Made by a program: the position numbers and the translations under genes | The notes under the pieces: generated by a model | What the model was told of the DNA's origin: nothing | The model's input: the letters and a program-made list of their open reading frames with translations, nothing else | Databases searched by the model: none | In this document: positions 56,483-64,000 of the stretch, piece after piece | Position numbering within the stretch: position 1 is the stretch's first letter | Layout of the letters: each line of letters opens with the position of its first letter | Origin: a virus | IMG/VR virus record: IMGVR_UViG_3300002462_000001 | Length of the DNA stretch: 64,000 nt | Strand: one strand, 5' to 3'

Positions 56483-57056
56483 CTAGTCCCCCTTTCGCTT
56501 TAGCAATAAGATAATTACACCGCTTTACTATATCGCACGCTGCATTACACGGATGCTTACACGTCATACACATTACCTCGACTATTTCGTCCAACATCTC
56601 TAAAAGTTCAGGAGCGCAAGAAATCAATCGAGCATTAGCATAAGCTTCGTCAACTGACATGTTCTGCCTTGGACTGGTCCACGCTATCGATTTAATTGGT
56701 TGTCCCTTGTCATTCGCGATAATAATGTCAAAGCTGCCGTAGTTACGTTTATACAACGTCCACTCACCAGGTGTGTACTTCGGTTTGCCTGCTGTATAGC
56801 TGAGCAGGCCAGGCTCTTCTACCTTCGCATCTGATATAGCCGTCGTAGCGTACAGCGTAAACATAGGCTCGTCGTCTCGTATTTTTACCGCAACAATTTC
56901 ACCGGCGTTAATGTCTTGCGGCACAATATGCACGGTAAGAATACCATCAAATCCGGTATTATCCCGGATAAACTCTTCAGTCGATTCGGGTGCCGCTCCA
57001 GCGGCTAACAAACGTTTTCTTATATCAGGTGATGCAACTGATATTGCTATTTCCAT
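56451..57056 (-). CDS. Hypothetical phage protein (TPGxW...ANARLIxxAPELLE family)
   Basis: Motif shared with 60917-61264. Confidence 0.65.
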   Translation of the reverse strand: MEIAISVASPDIRKRLLAAGAAPESTEEFIRDNTGFDGILTVHIVPQDINAGEIVAVKIRDDEPMFTLYATTAISDAKVEEPGLLSYTAGKPKYTPGEWTLYKRNYGSFDIIIANDKGQPIKSIAWTSPRQNMSVDEAYANARLISCAPELLEMLDEIVEVMCMTCKHPCNAACDIVKRCNYLIAKAKGGLDAEEGDKENS

Positions 57057-57059
57057 TTT

Positions 57060-57662
57060 TTACTCCACGTAAACATAAGTTCCCTCTGCGTCATCAAACC
57101 GCATACAGTGATCTTCTGCGGACAAGCCCGTCATCTCGAAAATCAACTCATACGCCGCCTTGGAAAAGTTATCAGGACGCTGCTTGTCTAACAGCACGCC
57201 ATTTCGCCATTGTGTTTTTGCCACCTGCGCCCCAAAATCTTCATCGTAATAACTGTACTCAAATGTAGCATTGGGGAATTTTTGCGACAGCTTTTCGATC
57301 AAGCCTTCCACATTCGACCACGCCGTACGAAACACCAGTCGATTTTCGTCGTCCTTGGCGCACCAATACGCATTCCATTTTGTGCCCCAATTAGCACAGT
57401 TCCACGTAAACCAATCTCTCCCTTTTAACCCCTCTTTCTCCTCAAGAGAAAGATCACCATCATAAATGTCGTCAGGTGTGGGAACGATAGAGTTAAAATC
57501 AATAGTGTATCGCCCCCATGTCAACTTATTGCTGCCAGGCGCACTTGTCGAATTGCCATATGCCCAATCATCCGGCACGGGTATCGCTATAGCATCCAGA
57601 ATGTCATTTAGACTGGTTTCTTCAGTGTATATCGTTAAATAGTTTGTGATGTGATTTGGCAT
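57060..57662 (-). CDS. DUF1281/YubB ferredoxin-like phage protein
   Basis: MPNHITN..NWGTKWNA..FRTAWS. Confidence 0.8.
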   Translation of the reverse strand: MPNHITNYLTIYTEETSLNDILDAIAIPVPDDWAYGNSTSAPGSNKLTWGRYTIDFNSIVPTPDDIYDGDLSLEEKEGLKGRDWFTWNCANWGTKWNAYWCAKDDENRLVFRTAWSNVEGLIEKLSQKFPNATFEYSYYDEDFGAQVAKTQWRNGVLLDKQRPDNFSKAAYELIFEMTGLSAEDHCMRFDDAEGTYVYVE

Positions 57663-59355
57663 ATGTATATGTCTCCTTATTTCTGTATGACAATTACGGC
57701 TTCACGTTGAGTCTCTTGTAGCTTGTCACACATACGTTCACATTGTCTCGCTAAATAATCACGACAATGCAGTATTTGCTGCACTTCATCATATTGATTG
57801 GCTGTTAGACGAAGATGCGTTTGATATGATTCCTCGGCGGATTGAAGCCAGTATTGTCTATCGAACTTTGTCATTTTGTTTTCCTTTTAGGTAAATGTAG
57901 TTTCAAATCTGGATGCAGAGCGATAAACTCTTCCCATTGATCCAATTCCTTGTCTTCATCGTCACGATACCATTGCATAATTTCATCGAAGATAGCCTCG
58001 AAAGCTTCTTGTGCTGTCTCAAATCCATCTCCTTGTTTACCAACACCTTCAGGACCGTCAGTACAGTAGCCATATTCGAGGTGTTGGCATTTTTTACATG
58101 TGTGAGACACGCCCACCCATAACCAATCTTTTACTCTCATTTTTTCGTTGATGTTTTTATTCAACTATTAGGTAGCACTTGATCCTTCTTGCGGCAGACC
58201 CGGCGGCTCACATGGCATCCAGTATAGTTGTTTTAAGTTATCTCCGGGAAACTGACTAAACCGATAGTAGCCGCATCCTTTATTTGCATTCTTTTCTGAA
58301 GTATATAGCTTATCGCCATCCACGATAACGACCTTTCGTTCGTGTCCGTTGTACAGCCAGTACCAACCCTTCTCAGTTGGTACTTCGCGACTCCAAGTAC
58401 GCTCACTCATCGTCTGATCTGCTTCACGCATGTTAGTCCGGTAACTTTCTTCGATTCACGCCACTCTTTGTAATTATACGCCTTGCCGTTTATCCACACC
58501 AAAACCTCAAATGGACAATCTTCGCCGACTTCCCACTCTTGCTCGGTTTCAAATAGCTTCAGCTTACTACTAATTGGAAGTTCATCGATACCTTTATGGA
58601 AAACAGTAAAGAACTTTTTACAGGTACAACTCAGACTCTCCAATTTAACGTATAGTCCGGGGTCTCTGTAACGTACGGTACGCTCTAAATTATTAACGCA
58701 TTGCAATTCAAAATCATATCTTTTATTACATTCAGACACGCCGTCAGAACAGTCGAACACGCATGAGTACAACCACATATCGCTCTGAGTATTACTTTTC
58801 GTGTCATCTTGCGGCCACGTTGTCCGCACAAAATCTATCATGTCGTTAGCAATTTTATCACGCTCAGCTTGATCTTCGGTTCCATCTAATTTCTCCAGAT
58901 ATCCGTGAAGCAGAATCTGGTCAACTTTGGTGAAGTTTGTAATCTGTGTCATGAGTATTTTTGTTTGAGTTCCGGTATGTTTTCGTAGTAGCCGTCAGTG
59001 AGACAGGCGAATTTGCTATTCCAGAAAATGCACTTATGCTCTTCGCAATAAGCGTCCCACGCTTCATCTGTATCTTCGGATAAATTACATAATTCCAATT
59101 CTTCCTGGCGATCAAAGAATTCGCCTTCGCAACTGTAACAGCTTGATAAATCAGAGGCAGCAGGTACTTCTTGTCCGTCGTAGTTTTTACTTGCCCACTC
59201 AACATAATCGTCTATTAGCTGTCCCTCAGGTGAATCCGGCAGATATTCCCCGTCATTAGGATCATAGTCGCAGCTCAAATAATTGTCGAGTTCGCGGATC
59301 CAGTCCTTCTTCGCTAGTTTTACGTAGGGTTCCATAGTTTTTTTGTAGTTAAAGA

Positions 59356-59372
59356 TGCTCTCGCGCGAGAGT
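59356..59372. promoter_or_regulatory. 17 bp element TGCTCTCGCGCGAGAGT (copy 2)
   Basis: Intergenic, 20 nt before ATG 59335. Confidence 0.6.
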
Positions 59373-61886
59373 AAATTAAGTAGTTACCGCCAGGCGATCA
59401 GTGTTGTGGCAGTCTTGAAGTTTCATTTTGACACTTTCAGGAAGCTCTTCCTCAGATTTGGGGTAATGGTGTATCTTCAGGTCCCGTAAAATCAGAACAC
59501 CGCGTATATCACGCGCCGACTGCTCAAGACAGTTTCGCACCAAAAATTCACCCCAAGGCGAGCAGTCAGCAAATAAGCCCATACCTCAATTATACCGTCG
59601 GTGCGGTTTGTGAGTGTGTCAATTTGTTTTGTTGTATTCGTTGATAATCTTTAATTCCAACTCAAGTCTGGCGAGCACGCGTTCTTCCGTGAACTCTTCA
59701 TCCGCGTCAAATCTGCCGTACCGATCCCACTCCCAGTCTTTGACTGTAGCGCAGCCAACAAGATCTTTCCGTTTCTTGTCCCATTTACCGGCAACGAATC
59801 CATCGTCTGATGCGTAGATGCCTACCAGTATCTTTCGCATCGGCGGACCATGCTGATCGGGCGTGCTCATATCCCACGCAATTTCGCCGTCCTCCGTTCT
59901 GATACGGATGTCGGCTTCTTCGGGAGAGTCGTACTCCGAACGATCAAATGGTGTCTTAAATCGAGGGTCAAAGGATGACCATTGGAAAGCGGTGTCTTCC
60001 ATAATTTCTAAAAGTTTTGCTCGTTCATGCCATTATAACTGCTTAAGTGGTTAGCGGAAGGGGTTAGTCTTCATCATCTGACCCCTTCAACTCTTCTTTT
60101 TCATAATCTCGCAACGCTCGTGTCGTGAACGTCAGCTTACATTCACAATAAAACTCGTTCTGACAATTTTCGCATCGTTCTCTGCCTTGGTGTGATTCTC
60201 GCACCAACAAAAACGGGTGTTTATGCGAGCAGTAAGGGCAAGTCATCGCCTTACCCTTAATGGTTGTACACCGTTTAGTCATGTCGAATTACCTTTGATT
60301 TTCTTTATGAGTTTATGTCCCTTTTTTACAAAGCAAGGGAAACAGTGGTTTTTGCAATTCAGCCCGTCAAAACAATCGTCTGACACATGACAAACATTCT
60401 CCACCACATATTCGCAGAACTCTAATAGTTTTTCGATTTGTTTAGCCTGTTTCTTTTCCAGTTTTGTCATTTTGTTCCTTAATTGATACCTTTCTAAATA
60501 TAACTGAAGCACAGAATTCATTAACATACTTGATATCTACCAAGCGTTTTTCCATATTAGGAATATCATCCAACACTAATTGAATAAGTTCCTGTAACCT
60601 CGCAAAATTCGGTGCTTGTACGTGTATTACATTCATGTGATCACCTCATAGTCAATACGGAATACTGTTGCGGGAGTCGACACCCATTGCTCATTGTCGC
60701 AGTCCCAAAACACGTATGAATCAGTCCGAACAAATAATTCAATGTGGTCAGGTGTTCCGGTTGGCGACATAGCTGGAAAATTTAGCACTGCGCTGCCATG
60801 TTGCATAACCTTAGAAGACACCGCCTTCGTAAAACGTCGGAGCCCGACAACATCCTTTGCACTCTTGTAATAAAACGCCTCAAATTCAACGCCTTTCGGT
60901 ATAACTTTTACAATCATTATGTTTCTCCCTTCACCTCGGCAATAACTCGTTCACACATAGGTAAAATCTCCCCATCAATCCATTCCAATAATTCGTTCAA
61001 CCGTTCTTCTGGCGACCGACAGGCAGATGGAGGGTTGGATAATCGATCAGCGATGTACTCTATCGTTTCTAATAACTCAGGGGACTGGGCTATCAGGAGA
61101 GCATCGGCTTTACTTGGGCTATTTGCCATGCCGTCGCACGATAAAATACCATAACTATGCGATCCAACTAACGAAAGAGTTGGTTCGTTATAAGTAGTGC
61201 GATAGACATCGCTCCAGAACCACAGTCCCGGTGTGTGTTTATTCGTTGTCATTGGATTCTCCATTCAATTCTTCTAGGAACACTCCGCTAGCTATCACCG
61301 TGATCCCCCATTTCTGCAACATTTAATCCAAAAAGGATTAAAACAGCGGTTATTCCTACAGCCGCATTTATCTGCGGAGTCGCTAAACCTAAAACACCCA
61401 ATGAAACAAGTACAATACCCGCCGCTGCAACCACAGAACAGCATTTCAAACCGTGTCTACTCATGGCGAATCTCCTGTTCACGTAACTCCCTCGCTTGTT
61501 TTTTGTACTCCAGTATCTCAGCTATGTCGCTCTGAATACGTTGTTGTAGTCGGTCGATAACACTTTCCAAAGCAGCTGCTTTAGTGAGGAAAATTCCACT
61601 TTTGCCTGCCAGCATATCCTCTGTGCAGTCTTTCCAGAAATCACTTTTGCCGTCAGAGTCAAGAAATTTGATACGAAGGTATTCTTTGTTCTCGACCCAT
61701 GTTATGGTGAGGCACTTAACGGTTTTAATCTGTATGTCACTCTTACCTATACAAACCTGATAATAATCTTTTCCTACTTCAAACATTTGTCTCTCCTTTA
61801 TTCTATTCCTTCTAATTCAACCGAGTCCGCCACCCACGAGGAACAACGGACTCTGGTACTCACTTGTACACATGGCACATGAGCAA

Positions 61887-62322
61887 CTATCCGCAATGAC
61901 CGCCACCGCCACCGCCTGTGTCTCCACAGTGTCCGCCATCCACTGATGACAGCTTGGACGCTCTATAAATCCGCAAACACATTGCCGTCCACCAATTCGA
62001 TATTCTTTTCATCAAAATATTAGCTGCGGAAACCGTACCTTTAGGTTCAGTGGGAGCAGCGTTAAAGGTTACAAAATACCCTACTACCGCATAAACGGTA
62101 GAGGGTGTAAAGCAGGATTACTCCTGTTAGGTGTTCTTCGATAATGTTATGGATAGGTTTTGTATATCAACCACACTGTTCGTTTCCAATCTGTTTTACC
62201 AGAATTAGCTGTGATTGAATTCCTATCTACACAATGAGCACATTTATTATCACAAAACTTTGTGAAGTGCACGTCATACGAACAATATATTCCGTCACAG
62301 CAGTTCTTTTTAAATATACTCA
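61887..62322 (-). pseudogene. Disrupted radical SAM gene remnant
   Basis: MSIFKKNCCDGIYCSYDVHFTKFCDNKCAHCVD (CxxxCxxC) runs into IS-derived sequence; downstream 41-codon piece ends GGHCGDTGGGGGGHCG*. Confidence 0.6.
62013..62215 (-). mobile_element. IscB-element remnant: 3' half of omegaRNA plus right end, no iscB
   Basis: AACATTATCGAAGAACACCTAAC identical to the omegaRNA at 49961-49983; right end AACGCTGCTCCCACTGAACCTAAAGGTACGGTTTCCGCAGCTA near-identical to the IscB element end; same ATGA flank. Upstream boundary approximate. Confidence 0.8.
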
Positions 62323-62809
62323 TTATTTTTAGCGGGATCAAAAAACTTAATCTCTCCTTCCTCCTCTGCAAAACCTTCTGAGCTGAGTATCTTCATGCTC
62401 ATCCCGTGCTTCAGATCAAATCCGACGTCCTCCCATACTAATTCAGGAACAACGTCTGAGTAGTCGTCCCACTCATCCTCATCAAATGTAAACTCTATTA
62501 TTAATTTTTTAGACATATCTCTCCTTCCTCCGGCGGCGCCGGGGCAATAAGCTTTTTCCAAAGCGGAGTGTGCTTGAAGTAATCTTTTGCTCAGTCATAA
62601 AGTCCTTAAAAACCTTCCCGTGGTTATTATACTCCTCATAAAAGAGAATTTCTCTCGTACGATCATCACGTCCTCTGATTCTCACTAACTTAAGTGTTAG
62701 TATAGGATATGCCGATACGCTTCCCTGACCTTCCATGAGCAGAAGCCAATACAATCCATTTTTTGGTGCTTCAGTAGTCCACTTTGTCTGATCTGCAATT
62801 TTCGTCATG

Positions 62810-63022
62810 TCAATTTTCCTTTCTTTGGCGGTTCCAAGCGGCACTGGCTTCGGTGTAGGTACTATAAGCGCTGGTGTGAATCCCGCATTGACAGCATTCT
62901 ATGAAATACCGTGCTCGACCATGACCCCTGTGACGTCTATGCGTTATGTCGGACGAACCACAGTGGTCACACAGCAACAGTTTCTCTATTTCGGTCGTGG
63001 TTTTGCTCACGTATAACCCCAC
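62810..63022 (-). CDS. Lar-family restriction alleviation-like Zn-finger protein
   Basis: CDHCG..IECCQCG..EASAAWNR. Confidence 0.7.
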   Translation of the reverse strand: MGLYVSKTTTEIEKLLLCDHCGSSDITHRRHRGHGRARYFIECCQCGIHTSAYSTYTEASAAWNRQRKEN

Positions 63023-64000
63023 TCTTTGTTTTGTGCTCTGACTATATCTGTATCAACTATTGTTTCTATATCGTGAAGTATTCGGCAAAATGCCTCTTTG
63101 TCCGTGAATTCTTTGGTCAGAATATTTTCTGCGGTTCTGTCAGAAAGGTGCACAGACCATTCCTTGTCGTATCTTTTGAGGCATATCCTGTATATGTTCA
63201 GAATTTCTACCTTGGATGGCTTTGACGCTTCATTTGTAACGATAAACTCAAACTCAAAACCTGATTTGGCGTTATTGTTACTGGTTAAACGATGGAAGTA
63301 CCTTTTTGTGGCCAGCCTAAGTAATTCTATCATTTCTGGTATGTTATCGTATTCTATTTTTGTTTTCGTCATTGTTCGTCTCCTTTATTGTGGCGGTTCA
63401 GGCACATCGCAAGGCATAAACCAAAGTTCACATGCGTCTTCGTATAGCGATAGAGGATACCCTAACGGTGGCGCGTCATTTTCACGAAGGAATAACTTAC
63501 CTCCTTTAACGACTACTACCAGCCGTTCTGATCCGCTGTAAACCCAATACCACCCATCGGCTTCAGGCATACCTTTTATCCATTTCTGTTTTGGTTCCAT
63601 TTCGTTTCTCCAATCGTCGCATTGATTGTCCGGTATCATTTCCCATAAAAAGTTCTCAACACCACCATATGTGTCATCGTATGACGTGCTGTCATCCCAG
63701 TTTTGCTCGGCACACACGACCTTATCACAACATGTTCTGACTCCAAAATGGGTGCACGTATGACAAATGTGTTCTGGTCTTTTACTCATTGTTCGTTCTC
63801 CTGTTCCAAATTGACCTTAATTTCTATCGCTTGACACATCGCTAACTGCTCCGATATTGAATTGAGTTGTTGTTGCAAGTCGTCAATTTCCTTTTGTTTT
63901 TCGTTTTGTGCGGCCTCAATAGCCGCCTCTAACGTAGACTCGTATCGGTCTTTGTAACCATAGTATTCATCTTTATGGACTGCACAATAATATTTCTTGT

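Larger units (their letters stand above)
57677..64000 (-). other. Run of ~20 small co-oriented accessory ORFs (60-200 aa)
   Basis: Tightly coupled minus-strand ORFs, many with SD motifs; includes paralogues WxxxxPxxxGWYW (58168-58431, 62509-62844, 63385-63789). Confidence 0.75.

Overview
64 kb of a large (jumbo-type) bacteriophage or phage-plasmid genome in the standard genetic code, densely coded and almost all on the minus strand. No rRNA, tRNA, CRISPR array or clear virion structural operon was recognised. Core machinery: a two-gene, bacterial-like multisubunit RNA polymerase (a beta/beta'-N fusion at 8741-13147 and a separate beta'-C gene at <1-2389 with a LAGLIDADG intein in the trigger loop), family A DNA polymerase with a UDG-like N-terminus, SF4 helicase, RecA-like protein, resolvase, N6-adenine MTase, tubulin/FtsZ-family GTPase, CsrA, and a Rep-like gene beside an iteron-type origin. 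Selfish elements: two inteins, a free-standing homing endonuclease, and four IS200/IS605-superfamily elements (intact TnpB, intact IscB with omegaRNA, a protein-less reRNA mini-element, an omegaRNA/right-end remnant). The most striking unexplained structure is a ~1.4-1.5 kb cassette found three times (2397-3904, 13155-14624, 19198-20610). Each copy has a palindromic back-to-back TATAAT promoter, a ~355 aa plus-strand cargo gene (two share a swappable N-terminal leader), and a convergent small gene driven by a conserved sigma70 promoter whose 5' leader has a GGA-loop hairpin plus a GGA Shine-Dalgarno. That leader is the classic CsrA-target layout, and the phage encodes its own CsrA. A Planctomycetota host is a weak inference from the secreted and prepilin-like proteins. 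All calls come from reading motifs by eye; no database searches were run.
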